From Bilabrum cf. latius (taxonomy: Eukaryota), in the NCBI GenBank assembly GCA_965178125.1, contig OZ237742.1:310001-374000 (forward strand): DNA of 64,000 bases, in the 5' to 3' direction. Shown here in pieces: positions 1 to 12,517 of the stretch (position 1 is the stretch's first letter; every line of letters starts with the position of its first letter). Both the position numbers and the translations under genes were made by a program. Below the pieces are notes generated by a model that was not told where the DNA came from, did no database searches, and was given only the letters and a program-made list of their open reading frames with translations.

Positions 1-1
1 G

Positions 2-355
2 GGCAAGCTGGGCTCTCCGGAGAAGCCCCTCAGCGACCTGGGCAAGGTCTCATACCGGTCCTACTGGAGCTACGTGCTGCTGAAAGAGATCTACGACGCG
101 GGGGACGAGCCCCTCACCATCAAGGGGCTCTCGGAGCGGACGTGCATCACCCCGGAGGACATCGTGTCCACGCTCACCTCGCTCGATATCGTCAGATATT
201 GGAGAGGGCAGCACGTCGTGTGCGTCAGCCGAGCGGCGGTGGCGCGCTTTCTCGCCAACAACAAGTCTGCCAGGCACTTTGCCAAGCCAGAGTGCCTGCG
301 GTGGACGCCCCCGAAGATTCCGACCAAGGGAAAGGCAAAGGGCAGGAAGGGGTGA
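2..355 (+). CDS. MYST-family histone acetyltransferase (KAT5/KAT8/Esa1-like), C-terminal part; 5' end lies outside the window
   Basis: Frame from base 2 reads GKLGSPEKPLSDLGKVSYRSYW...TIKGLSERTCITPEDIVSTLTSLDIVRYWRGQHVV, the MOZ_SAS C-terminal signature. Ends in TGA at 353-355. Confidence 0.92.
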   Translation, partial: GKLGSPEKPLSDLGKVSYRSYWSYVLLKEIYDAGDEPLTIKGLSERTCITPEDIVSTLTSLDIVRYWRGQHVVCVSRAAVARFLANNKSARHFAKPECLRWTPPKIPTKGKAKGRKG

Positions 356-518
356 TTATAATAGGCGCAGGTGTGCCTGTATCCCTGCATCCTGGACATC
401 GAGTGGTGGGTGGGCCGGGGTAGCGTGTGCTGCTGTGTGATGCACCGGTCACAACCAACCCGCTTGTGGTCAGTCCATTATTTAGTCGCAACAACATTCA
501 TACAACACAACCATGGAA

Positions 519-3329
519 TCAATCAGTTAATAGGCACGTGCATGCCCAGACAACATCAGCGGCCTTTGTCCTCATTCCACGCATCTCAGTGGAGAGAACA
601 GCAACTGCTTTCACCCATGCGTCCGCACCTCGGACGTGGGCACCCTGCGCCGGGGACAGCTTGGGATGGCTGCGAGCCGACGCGAGGAATTCCCTCCAGC
701 GGTCCAGATCACTTGCACTCACGTCCAACCGCAATGGATCCTCACCCTGCTCCTCGTCTGCTCGTCTCTGGCACACGACTGCCTCGGGCTCGGGCTCGGC
801 ACCAAGCAGGTTCATCTCGCGCTCACTTGTGAGGTCGCTTGCCTGCTACCCGCCTGCACCGACCAACGCGCCAAGTATGCTACCTCGGGGAGCATGCACA
901 GCCCCAGCGCTCCCCGACGCATCCGCTCGTGCACCCCCCGCGGCACCCGCCAGGTCCTTCACCTCCACGTAGCTCCCCGTCGATTGGGTGTGTGCCCCGT
1001 GGCACGCCATGGGGCCCAGCAGCACCCTCAGCAGCACGTCCAGCAGGTTGGCCCGCTCCACAACCGTCACCACGTCGCGAGGGGAGCATGTTGCGCTTTC
1101 TGCACCGTCGCTCGCATGGCTCACGGAGCAGTCGGGCCAGGCTTCGGGCTGGTGCGGGAGCCAAGGTACCGCTCGGCCGATGCAGTCTCGTGGGGTGGCG
1201 CAGGAGAGGGGCAAGGAGCAGTCGCTGCTCGTGGGCTGCAACCCGTCCATATCCGACAGGAACACGCGCAAGCCGTCCTAACGACGGCCATCTCCCGTTG
1301 ACCCAGGCATGACCTGCCACTGGCTGGGCTTCCAGTCACAGATCCACCGACCCATCCCCCTGGCCTCGAGGACCGACTCCACCAGGGATGCCGCGATCTG
1401 TGTCCTCTTACTTGCCTCCTGGGCGATCAGCGCGAACGCTTGCCATTGCACCGACGAGTCGCTCGCGATGCTAGCAGGCCCCCGCTCCGGCAGTACAGAG
1501 GCACGCCGTATGGCTTGCGCCAGCCTGCCCTCGGACCGGACCAGCCACTCGTCCAGGGGAACCGCCCCAGCTGGCAAGTGCCTCACACCCAAGCTGCATG
1601 CTGACCCCTCCAGGCCGGGAGGACTCGCGGCGTAGCCAAGCAGGATGGGGCTGAGCCCCGCCCGCACCCTCCTCACGTCCCTCAGCACGTGGTTCTCCGC
1701 GTCAAGGTCGCACCTGTGCTCGTCCGACCACAGCTCGTATCGGAACATCTCTTGACACCAGCGTTGCGACAGGGCCCCGGGATTTTGCCCCGCCCTCGCG
1801 TCCCATGGGGGTGCTTCGGCGCACGGGAGATCCCGAGGAACAACTGTGCCGCCCTACTCGTTCCCTTGCGGGCCACTCGCATGGCGCTATCCTGTGGTCA
1901 GGAACGGCTTGCCGGAGCGATCGATCGCAAGCAGCTGCCGGTGGGCGACTCTGCCCTCGCCCATGCTAAGGGTTAAGCGGTCCCCATCAAAGCCAGCGTA
2001 GCTCGCTTGCAACGGACTTGCCATTCTGCCGAGTCCTAGCCGGGCAGGTGGGGCGTGCGGGCGCACTGCTCGCAGGCAGTCATGAAGGAGCCCCTCTCGA
2101 CTCGATTGACCCAGGCTGGGCGCGACCAACGGACGTTCCAAGGCATGTAGCATGGACAGTAGTTGTTCGACTGTCTCTGGATTGTCGCGCGAGACAGAAA
2201 GAGTTGAGGACCAGCCCGATCGGTCGCCCCCGAGGCTCGTCCATTGCAGGCAGGACAGCGGCAGCACCCGCTCCAGGTCGCACCTCCATCCCAAACCACT
2301 AGACATGCGAAGCCCGCGCCCAACAACTTTCCTTCCTAGCATTTTGGTCCAAGCCACCCGACCCTCGCGCGGCGGTGCGGTGGTAGCGCTGCTGCTTGCA
2401 GCCTGCTGGGAGGCGGCTGCAGGGTCTGGAGGCAACACCTCTTTGAACGTCCTCATCCAGGCCTCCCCATGCACGCAGGACTCAAGCACCGCATTCACGA
2501 TGCGAGAAGCTGCTCGGTCTGCTGGCGAGGCTCCGGGGGTGCTCGCCAGGCTTGCGCCACCGCAGGTCCTGGCATGCTGCTGCCTCGGGGAAGCGACTGC
2601 GGCGGCGCTCGAATGAGTTCCAGTGTTTCCGTTCCATGCCATGCGCGACACAGTGTCCCGAGCGGAGCATCCATCGTTGTTGCTGTCTGCCTGGTTTTGC
2701 CTAGCATTCGCTGAACCGAATCGCGACACAATGGTCCTTCCCAGGGCAGCTGCAGCGAGGTCGGCGCTCTCACTTGCACAGCCTAGCAGCGGCTGTTGAG
2801 GTTCTGATGAGTGTTGAATGCAATGAATCAATTGAATGGCGGCCAATAGCAGCTCGTGTTTGTCGTGCTCCGCCTGTAGGTCAAATGCTACAACAACCTG
2901 TGGCCAAGCTGCCTGCAACATGGTCAACTACTTCAAGCCAGCCAATATGAGCTCGGATGCGGACTCATCCATAGCAGCATGGCAAAGTCGAGCGTGGAAT
3001 CTCGTTTTTGGCTCTTGAGCACAGCCCACTGGCAGTTGTGATGTGCTGCTACCACCGCTGGATGGCAGCTGTGGCTAAGACCGGGGCTCCGACGGGGTCC
3101 TGCGTGGGGCCTATAGTTTGCAAACGCTCCTAGCGCTCTTGAAAATTGCTGAACTACACCCACTTCCGAGCTGAACGCACCAATCAGCACAGCTAGCTGC
3201 TCCCAAAGATTCGAATTCTGCCACGACTGCTAGCTGCTTCCTTTGCTCAGCACGTATCGATACGCGGATTGAGCGAGCCAACACACCAATAAACATCAGG
3301 CATGCCAATAGAAAAACTAGCTGATTCAT
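519..3329 (-). CDS. Hypothetical protein (~936 aa if TAG is sense) with a hydrophobic N-terminus
   Basis: ORFs 3111-3389, 1887-2927, 1278-1748, 846-1271 and 519-815 share one frame and are separated only by TAG. ATG at 3329 (MNQLVFLLACLMFIGVLA), TGA at 521-519. No family recognised. Confidence 0.6.
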
Positions 3330-3465
3330 ATTGGGAGCGGCATTTTCTTTGCCTGTCTTCGATTGTATATTATTTTGGAGGTTCCGCAATGTACAGCTGC
3401 TTCGCGGCGCCGTGAGGCGTCAGCGTTTTTTTTGGCAGAAGTAATTGCAGCTCCCTGGCCCCAAA

Positions 3466-5508
3466 ATGGGACTGTGCGGTTCTCAACCAGCCAATAGCGT
3501 TTTATCGCATGATACTGGTGCAATTGAAGAGAGCAAAGGTGGCAGCATGATTCTCACTCGAGCCAAGGAACGAACGGCAGCACGCGACCCTGACAATCCC
3601 GCTGAGGCAGGGGACAAAGGTGGGCCTGGCGACGGTGGTGCCGATGGCAGCGACGCAGAAGAAGAAGATATGGCAATAGGAAAGGGTGGCTCAATGATCT
3701 TTGGGATCGAGAACCCTGAGCTAGCCAGCAAGATGTGGGAGATCGGGCAACCGATAGTCAGGCCAAAGATGCTCAAATCATCCCGGAGAACCTACGTTGA
3801 TATCGGTAGAGGGAGATGTCTCAGAGTTACTTACAGCTACTCCAGCTTGCAGGGATTTTCGTCGAGGCCGCCGCAGAAACCGAACCAAGATAGCTTGCTG
3901 GTCTGTGACCACGTAGGCGACAGGAAGGACCTGTCCTTGTTCGCAGCGTTCGACGGCCATGGGCCAAAAGGTGAAGTAGCCAGCCATTTTTGCCGTGTGC
4001 ACTTGGAGGACGTGATGAAGTCCTCGAAGCGGTTCGGGCGAGATCCAATCGCGGCGTTGGCTCGCTCGTTTCCAAAGCTACACAAGTGAGGTATACGCCG
4101 CGGCGATAGTCGTTGCTCTCCGTCCTCGTACATAAATCGGTACCAGCTAGTAGCCGGAAGCAGCCCGAACAGCCCGTTTCGTTGGCAAGGCGCCGTGGAC
4201 TGCCTGCTGCCGTCACGACCCGTGGCTTACCAACTCGAAGCCCCGTCCTTCGTCTCAATGTGCGCCGTTTGTGTCATTCTATGAACCTTTTCGCAGGAAG
4301 ATTCGAGATGCCCCGGCTCCCGCATCCATTGATCGCACGTTTAGCGGGACCACGGCAGTCGCGGTGATGTTGCACAAGGAGCGCCTCGTGTGCGCTAATG
4401 TCGGTGATTCGAGAGCTGTGCTCTGCTCGAAAGACAGCGAACGTAAGTGTTTGAAACAATGGATTAGAGTCGTCTGATTCTCCTCCGGTTAATGCCTACA
4501 ATTAGTGAACAAGCTGCCTCGAAATCACGCCGTCGGCGTTATAGCTGCTTCTCCTTAGTATTGGGTGCCAGTGGCCTTTATTCGCTGCTTGAGCGGGATA
4601 ATGGCGCAATTTTGCTAGACTGATTAGTATTCGTACTCGCAGGCGAGGGGTTCGTGCTGGCCAGGCCGCTGTCGGTCGACCACAAGCCTTCGCGCCCCGA
4701 CGAGAAGGCTCGCATCGAAGCAGCCCCGAACTCCATCATCCACTCCGAAGTAGCGATCCTGCGGAAGGGCGACCGGGAAAAGCTGTACGTCTGCCGACGA
4801 AAGGGCAACCAGATCCAGTACGCGATCCTGTTCACCCGCTCGGTCGGGGACCAGGACGCGCACGAGAACCTGGGCGTGCTCGCAGACGCAGAGGTGCGCA
4901 GCATCGACCTGCAGGAGGGCCGGGACCTGTTCTTCGTGGTGGCCAGCGACGGAGTGTGGGACCACGTGAGCAACGAGCGCGCCTGCGCCATCGTGCGCGA
5001 CTGCGGGAACGACCCGCACCGCGGCTCGGAGGCGATCGTGGAGAGGGCGAGGCGGGGCTGGGAGACGGGGGGCAGCGGGAGGAGGGACGATATCACCGTC
5101 ATCGTGGGCAAGCTGGACTGGATCTCGAGCGAGCAGGCCGAGGAGGAGCAGCGCCTCGGGAGGCCGCTGGATGGGCCCGGCCTGGCGGCCCAGGGGTCTG
5201 GCCTCGAGGCGGGCAGCAGCGGAAGCGATGGCGAGCACGAGAGCAAGCAGTCGGCCGGCCGGGGGGAAGGGTCGAAGGCGAGCAAGAAACAGAAAAAGAA
5301 GGCCGGCGGGGGCAGCGACTCGGAATCTGCGCCCGGTGGGAGCACCGCCGCTCGATACGTGGGCAAGGAGGACGCTGCTCCTGAGGCCAAGGACCTGCAG
5401 CTCGACGATGCGGGGTCTGTGGAGGACTACGCGGCCCTGATGGCTGCGCAGGGCCGCAAGCCGGCCGGACAAGCGGCGGTCGAGCCACTGCCCGGCCAGG
5501 TGTCCTGA
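3466..5508 (+). CDS. PP2C/PPM-family protein phosphatase, 3 exons (3466-4085, 4297-4442, 4643-5508)
   Basis: Motifs KPNQDS, FAAFDGHG, SGTTA, ANVGDSRAVL, LSVDHKP, FTRSVGD, VASDGVWD, DDITV. GT-AG introns at 4086-4296 and 4443-4642 restore the frame. N-terminus MGLCGS suggests myristoylation/palmitoylation. Ends in TGA. Confidence 0.92.
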
Positions 5509-5705
5509 CGTGCTCAGGTGCCTAGAACTGCCGGTGCAGTGTTGTTCTGCGTGTCTTGTGAAGAGAGAGCGAGGTGACTGTGTACGCACAAAATGGTGCC
5601 CATTCAAGTTGCCAGTGCCACAGGCTGGCAGCCACCTGCAGGCAGTGCAGGCAGTCGTTGCAGAAAGCTGCCAGCAGCAAAATCCACAACGACCTTGCGC
5701 TCAGC

Positions 5706-6671
5706 ATGGAATTCGAAGAAACCGGAGTGCAGCAGTCTTCTGATGGCATTGAGTATACGCACCAGCAGGCAGAGCAATCAGAGCAGTTGAGAGTACACCC
5801 AGACATGGCAGTATTGCAAGACAGAGAGATTGGCATGCAACAGTCAGTTTTCGACCAACTGGAGGCAAATAGGGCGCGAGAGGAAGAAGAGAAGATGGAA
5901 ATGGAAAAGGCGTCAAGAGGATAGGCCAAGCTTGATAAAGAGGAGGCGAAGTTCCTGGACGGCGTCGAGGCCCAGCAACGAGCCCAGCACGCAGCTGCCT
6001 TGGCGGAGTTTGAGGGTGCTAGGGCCGAATTTATGAGGGCACAACAGCAAGGAGTTAAGTTGCGCTCTGGTGCCGATGTGCTGAAATCACTTTCCGTTGG
6101 CGTAGGGCTTGACCTCGGGGACGAGGAGGCCGCATCGAACGAGCCGCACGCCGACACAAAGATTGGTACCACGGCAGGGGAAAAGCGACACCACTCGCTT
6201 ATCGAAAAGGATCCCGCCATTGTGTAGATCCCGAAGAGCTAGTCCGGCCCGAAGCCAAAAAGGCGAAGATAGGTTACCGGGAGCGAGGAGCCTGCCAGTG
6301 AGGCCCTCCCGCAGCTGCCCATGCCCCGGCGATCTGGCATGGCCAGGCTGAAACGCGCAGTGGAAGTACTTGGTAGAGCAAGCGGCAGTAGCAGCAGCAA
6401 GCAGGTATCAAGCGGTCCCACACCCGCCAGAACAGATAGTAGCGGCGAACCGAGCACCATACCAGAGCCAGAGCCAGCTTCCAAGCGCGGGAGGACGGGC
6501 CCCTCGGATTCAGAGCCAGTATAGGGTGCTGTGCGCGCGCAAGGGTCTGCAGCCGATGGCCGAGCCAAAGCACAACAGGACAAGGGCTAGCGTGAAGGCG
6601 GCAGAGGAGCCATGCTTGCAGAGTATGCCTCCTCGAGCAGCGACGAAGACGACTCGGAGGGTGAAGGGTGA
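5706..6671 (+). CDS. PSME3IP1/FAM192A (NIP30/Fyv6)-like nuclear protein, 6 in-frame TAG
   Basis: SVFDQLEANRAREEEE...[TAG]AKLDKEEAKFLD resembles the FAM192A motif SLYExL...LDEDExxFLD. Reading through the TAGs gives an acidic C-terminus LAEYASSSSDEDDSEGEG, then TGA at 6669-6671. Confidence 0.7.
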
Positions 6672-6883
6672 TCGGAGGGTGAGAGGTGAAAGAGGCAGGC
6701 AGCATGGGCTCGGGGCACCAGCCGGGTTGCATTGTACTAAGCTGGCCGAGCAGCCTTCAGAAAGATCATGCAGTGTGCGCGTCTTTGCTAAATTTCTTTT
6801 AACTGCTTGCCAGTCACGTCACAAGCTACTAGTAGTATGGTGGAATCACCAGTGAACGCGGCCTCTCGTTCGGGCAATGCACC

Positions 6884-7464
6884 TCAGCCGTGCCTAGCGT
6901 TCTGCCAATCCTAGGGGTCCGCTGCCCACTTCGGGGGTCCGGCAGGGTCATCAGCCTCGGCATACTTGTAGCGCAAGCTGCAGTAGTTGCAAGTGACCTC
7001 CTCCCCTGCCTTGAGCCGAATAAACTGGGCTGGATGGCCGGTTGCTCCGCCGCCTGCGAAAGAGAGTACCAGACTAGTCATGGCAATACGACTTAGAGCT
7101 TTATACATGGCTCCGCATAAGCCAAGCGCATTATTTTCTTACCTCCTTCGCATACAGCAAAGTGTCGACCCGATATCTCAATCGCGGGCACCTCCAATAC
7201 AGCCTCGAGAGCATCACTTTGGTGCTTTGGTCTAGTCTTGGCCTGCAAGAAATGATTGAATATGCAATCAAGCTGTCTCATGATATAACGAACTCTTCAC
7301 TGGTTCCTCCTCTGAGTAAAGTCACAACACACCTTATCGCTGTCTGGCTTGAAGCCAACGAATCGAACCCCAGTCGCTCTTGATGCAACCTTGATCCCCA
7401 TCACACTGCACTGCAGTACCTTTAAGCCACCTCGCCTTGCAACCGAACCGATTGCTCTCCTCAT
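6884..7464 (-). CDS. NDUFS6: NADH:ubiquinone oxidoreductase 13-kDa zinc-finger (zf-CHCC) subunit, 3 exons (7464-7333, 7242-7143, 7053-6884)
   Basis: Arg-rich transit-peptide-like exon 1 (MRRAIGSVARRGG). The spliced product has AVCEGGGGATGHPAQFIRL...TCNYCSLRY. Both introns are GT-AG. TAG at 6913-6911 is followed by DWQNARHG and TGA. Confidence 0.85.
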
Positions 7465-7595
7465 TGTTGGATAAACTTGAACTTGCTGTGTTGGGCTCTG
7501 TTTCGCGGGTTTATATCTTCATCTTTACATTTTCTAGGTGGTTGCAACCACGCGGTCGGTGCGAAAACCCTTGTACTGCCCAACCCTCGGGCGCA

Positions 7596-10500
7596 ATGAC
7601 AGGTTTTGGCCTCGTAATGATTCACAGGTAGCCACTTCATGCAGCTGCTGCGCGGGGAGACATTGAAGCTATTCGATCGGCCGTGTCCAGCGGCGCCATG
7701 GTGAATGAACGAGACGACGACGGCTGTACCGCTCTTATGCTAGCCATTGACCACCCGGATGCCGTGGCGGAGCTAATTCGCCTTGGTGCAGACGTTTCGC
7801 ATCAGCAGGGTGGAGCGGGTCTGACTGCATTGCACCGGTGTGCATATGGGGCAGCATCTCCAGAATCGGCTGCTGCAACCGCTGCGCTACTCGTCAGCGC
7901 TGGGGCCGATGCGAACGTCTTGGCAGACCGAGCGGATGGATTCGAAGAGTCTGTTGCTGCGGCGCATATCGCTGCGGCGAGAGGCAACGTGCCTTTCTTG
8001 CAAGTTGTGTTTTCGAACGGGAAAACAGGCGGGCCGCACCCCGGAACTGTGGAGGAGGCAGGCGCGCCGACGCGAAAACATAGAGGCCGCAGCGATGCCT
8101 CTTATGAATCGACTCGAACGGGCCCGGGCGCGGCTCGCGATCCGAGCGTGTCCCCTCCATCTCTCCCAGACAAGCCCGGCGCGAGCGCGAGCGTGGCCGC
8201 CCAGTCCTTGGCGCTACTCGGCGGGAGCTCGGCCGCGTCGATCGGCGGCAGCGGACCGTCCACACCCGTCGGTTTTCATCGGGCAGACACCATGCCGTCG
8301 ATCTCCATCGGTCCCTCCACCACTGGCACCCCCCGCTCCTCGCTGCCGGCTGCAGGCACCGCCCGCTCCTCCTCCTCCCGCAAGTCCAAGTCCAAGAGGA
8401 AGAGAGGAGCGGGGGCAGGAGGCACCAAGTCCAAGACCAAGCGCTCCAAGATGCCTGACATCAACGTCCGCACGCACAGGCGATGGACCCCCCTGCACTA
8501 CGCCGCCAACGCAGGACACGAGGAGTGCTGCGTGGTGCTGGCACAGCTCGGGGCACAGCTGGATGCCAGGGCCTCCTCCCCGGAGCACTGCACGCCCGCG
8601 GACCTCGCTCGGCAGAAGCACCACTCCGCAGTGGAGGCCTACCTCGAGGAACGCCTAGGGGCCCACGGGCGGTCCCTGTACCAGGCCCACCAGCGGGTCG
8701 CTGCCCTGCGGCGCCACCTGGACAAGGAGAACATCAGGGAGCTGGCCAGGCACGAGCGGGACAAGTTCCCTCTGGCGTGCGCGCTCACGAAGAAAGGCTG
8801 GACGCTGCTGCACGTGGCAGCCAAGGACGACAGAGTGGAGGTCATTCGGTTCCTGCTGCAGCCGCCGGGCGCGGACGAGTCATCGAGGAGGAGGGCGATG
8901 GCGGCGCGCGAGTCGCCGGCGGCGGCCGCTGCGAGCGCCTTCGACCCGCAGGGGAGATACCGCGTGGACCCGAATTTCCTGAACGAGAGCGGGTGGTCTG
9001 CGCTCCACGTGGCGGCGGACAAAGGAGCCTCTGACGCAGTGCACGAGATGCTCGTGGCGGGCGTGGACGCGAGCGTGCTGACCGCCAGTGGGAGGTCGGG
9101 GGCCGAGATTGCGGAGGCGAAGTCGCACAAGCAGATCGCGGCTCTGCTGCGGGCCGCGGTGGTGCGCCAGTCGGGGCTGGGCACGCCGTCGAGGAAGTCA
9201 TCCTCGAGGACTCTCGCGGGCTCCTCCTTTGCCTCTGGCGCTGGCGCTTGCGCTGGAGATGGAACGGGGATGGGGACGCCTGGGCAGGGGCTGGGCAGGA
9301 GCACGAGCGGAGGTGGGCCCGCGGGGACTCCGGTTCACGATGCATCGCCGGGCAGGGCAGGCAAAGGTGCCGCGAGCAGTGACTCGGGCAGGGGACTCTG
9401 GGGGGCGCAGCTGTCTGGGTTCGGAGGAGGAGGAGGCGGAGATGGGGCTGGGGCTGCGGGTGCGGGTGCGGGTGCGGGTGGAGAAGGGCCTACACTCGGC
9501 TCAGAGCACTCCTCGTCGCCACCGGGCGCCGAGCAGTAGGGCTCGGGGGCTGCCCCGATGAAGCGCGCGAGTTCCGGTGCGACCAACGCCGAGATGCAGG
9601 GGTTTCTGGACGCTCTGGACCTGGGGGAGTACTGCCCCATCTTGATCGAGGAGGGGTTCGAGACGCTGCAGCAGCTCTCGTTGGTGGAGGAGGAGGACCT
9701 GCGGGCCATCGGGATGAAGCGGGGAAGCATCCGGTGGCTGCTGCAGGCCTGCAAGTCGCTCCTTGCCAGCCACGCAGACGTGCCCGTGCAGCTGGCGCGC
9801 AGCGTCAGTTCAGCCGCTGGGTATCCCGCGCCCTCCGTTGCCCGCGCTGCAGTGCAGAAGGACCGCAGGGGCAGGGAGCGGCGAGGCCGCGGGGGCACGG
9901 AGGGCGATGCAGACGGTGTGCTGGACGAGGAGGACAGGGAAGAGGAGGACAGGGAAGAGGAGGACAGGGAAGAGGAGGGGGGCGGCATTCCTCGGTCCAA
10001 GTCGGAGAGGGCGGGGGGCAAGGGCAAGTCCAGCAGGAGCAAGCGCAACAGAAAGAGGAGGTTGCGACGCAAGAAGAACAAGCAGGCAGCCTCGGCCCCG
10101 GCAGGTGAAGAGGAAGGAGCGGGGCCTACCACGGACCCCTCCCCGCCGTCCTCGGCGCATGCATCGCCAGAGAACACCCCCTTCAGGGAAGCGCCTGCTC
10201 CTGTTCCCGCCGGCGTTCTCCCGTCGCTGTCGTCCTCTGCTGGTGGCCCTCTCAAGGTCCACCGGCAGTCCACCGGCACCTCGATCGTGTCCAGAGTCTC
10301 CTCCGGTGCAAGCGTGCGGTCGGCCCCGATCGGCGAGTCCAGGGGGTCCGTGTCGATCGAGAGAGAGATGGGCGCGGGAGCGGGAGCGTCTGGCACCACG
10401 CAGGCCGCTCCCGTGACCCGGGCAGATTCAACGGGCAGCAGTGCATCGAAAGGCCGACGGCGCATGCCCGACGAGCTCGACTACGGCGAGCTGGAGTTCT

Positions 10501-12104
10501 ACCAGGACAAGGGCTCTCGCCTGGGGGAGGGGTCCTTCGGTGTGGTGCGCAAGGCGCGCTGGAGGGGCACCGACGTCGCGGTCAAGTTCCTGAGAACCGC
10601 CACCGAGACCAGCCCGGACGACGTGGTGGACGCGAGGCCGGGGGCGGGGGCGGCGGGAGGCAGCTCGGGGGGATTTGGCCTCGCGGGTGCGGGCGGCTTG
10701 CGCCGCGGTGGACCCAAGGCACCGGATAGCCCCGCCCCACAGCCGCTGCCGGGCCCCGGGCCCGGGCCATTCTCGCTGCTGGGTAGCGGAGCGGGCGATG
10801 GAGTGCCTAGGGCAGCCCCGTACGACGACGTGGACGGCTTGTCGCGCCCTGGGGCAGCACCCGGGACCGCTGGCAACGGGGCCCCGCCGCCGCTCTCCCT
10901 CGCACCACCGGTCTCAGCCAGGCGGACTAGCTCCTCGTCCTCCACAGGCAGCAGGTCCGGCGCGTCCAGGCGCGCGTACGAGGCCGCCCTCCGCGAGCTG
11001 AGGCACGAGGCGGGGATGCTGCGGCGAGTCAGCAACCACCGGAACATCCTGCCCTTCGTGGGCGTGCTTGCCCGGCCCAAGCCAGCGGTGGTGACCAGCT
11101 TCATGGAGCGCGGCAGCATTGAGGACCTGCTGGTGCGCCAGGGCCCGAGGAACAAGAGGAGCAAGCTGTCCCGGTGCACTCTTCTGCAGATGGCGTGCGA
11201 TGCTGCTGCAGGGTGCCTGCACCTGCACGCCGCCAACGTCATCCACAGGGATCTGTCCGCCCGGAATCTCCTCGTGGATGACACCATGAGGGTGCGGGTG
11301 GGGGACTTCGGGTTTGCCAGGGCCAAGGCTGCCACAGTGTCCCGGGGGTACACTTAGTCCACGCAGGGTGCCATCCGGTGGCTGGCTCCCGAGGCGCTGC
11401 GGGCCCGCCGGTACTCGGAGAAGAGCGACGTGTTTTCGTTCGGATGCTGCCTGCTGGAGATGTTCGGTGGTGTGCAGCCGTGGCAGGGCTTCGAGAACTT
11501 CGACGCTCTGGTCAAGGTGTGCAACGGAGAGCGGCCTAGCATCCCAGACCAGGTGCCCGACCGCATCGCGAAGCTGATCGGGTGCTGCTGGCGGCCCGAC
11601 CCCAAGCATCGTCCCACGATGAAGAAGATCCTGGACGACCTCACGGGCATGCTCCAAGAGGCCAGGCGAGAGCATGCTATTGAGGGCGGGGGGAAGGACG
11701 GGGAGGGGGCAGGGGGGGGCATGCAGGCGGGGGGGGGCGCCGGGGCCGGGGGGGGAGAGGCTGGCGGACTGGTGGGCAGGAGCGACTGTGCCATCCCAAT
11801 CGGCGCGCTGTGCCCTGATGGCAGCAACATTCGGGGCTCCTCGGTGCGGTAGGCCAGCACGTACGACGACGTGACTGCTGCAGGTGCCGGTGCCGGTGCT
11901 AGTGCTGGTGCTGGTGCTGGCGCTGGCGCTGGTTCAAGTGGGAGCGGGGCAGACACTGACAGAAGTGATGTACATCCCATGGCATCAGCTCCACTTGGGG
12001 GTGAGTACCCTGGTAGCGACGCCTCGGCAGGAGCGACTTCAGGCTCTACGATCGAGAGCCTTCAGAGATAGCAGGAGGGCCCCGAGGAGGACGACGACCC
12101 GTGA
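7596..12104 (+). CDS. Ankyrin-repeat + SAM + TKL (Raf/MLK-like) protein kinase, ~1,500 aa, 5 in-frame TAG; start codon uncertain
   Basis: Ankyrin repeats (PLHAAAARGD, TALMLA, WTPLHYAANAGH, WSALHVAA). SAM domain at ~9590-9760 (FLDALDLGEYCPILIEEGFETLQQL...DLRAIGM). Kinase motifs GEGSFG, VAVK, HRDLSARN, DFG...[TAG]STQGAIRWLAPE, SDVFSFG. One frame with TAG at 7629, 9537, 11355, 11850 and 12069; TGA at 12102-12104. Confidence 0.88.
9927..9977 (+). repeat. Coding 15-nt tandem repeat (gaggaggacagggaa x3 plus a partial copy) encoding EEDRE repeats
   Basis: Directly visible exact repeats in the linker of the ankyrin-SAM-kinase gene. Confidence 0.85.
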
Positions 12105-12517
12105 TCGCACTTCAGGTGATAAGCTGGCACTTCGACGCGCTGATACGAGTGCTTCAAAAGGGAAAATATGCTTTCGATCCCAGCTGTTGCCAAGAAGAAA
12201 GAAAAAGCTGCCTCCGACCTGCCCGCAGAGTGCTCCGCCCAGCACTCGCAGCTTGCTTATTAAAGCTACCGCCTCCGGAATTTATGAAGATGAAATATGA
12301 AACTTGAGTGATCGCTTCAGCACAGCACTTGGAGTGTATAATATTTTGTCAAGGCATTATTTGGATAATTGCCTATATATTGTAGTTAGCCCCGGCTCCT
12401 GGCAGAACTGGCAGCATTGGCAGCAGCCAACGTACTTCAAGTTGTCACTCACGTCTGCAACGCATTCAGGACGGTACCTTCTTAGACCGCACGATGCCAA
12501 AACAGGATCAATCAGAT

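Noticed and set aside
11680-11765. G-run cluster as a regulatory G-quadruplex
   Set aside because: It is explained by Gly-rich coding sequence in the kinase tail, with no further support.
8639-11980. Long antisense ORFs (8639-9304, 9335-10465, 10499-11353 and similar elsewhere)
   Set aside because: Shadow ORFs expected in GC-rich coding DNA, opposite well-supported genes.
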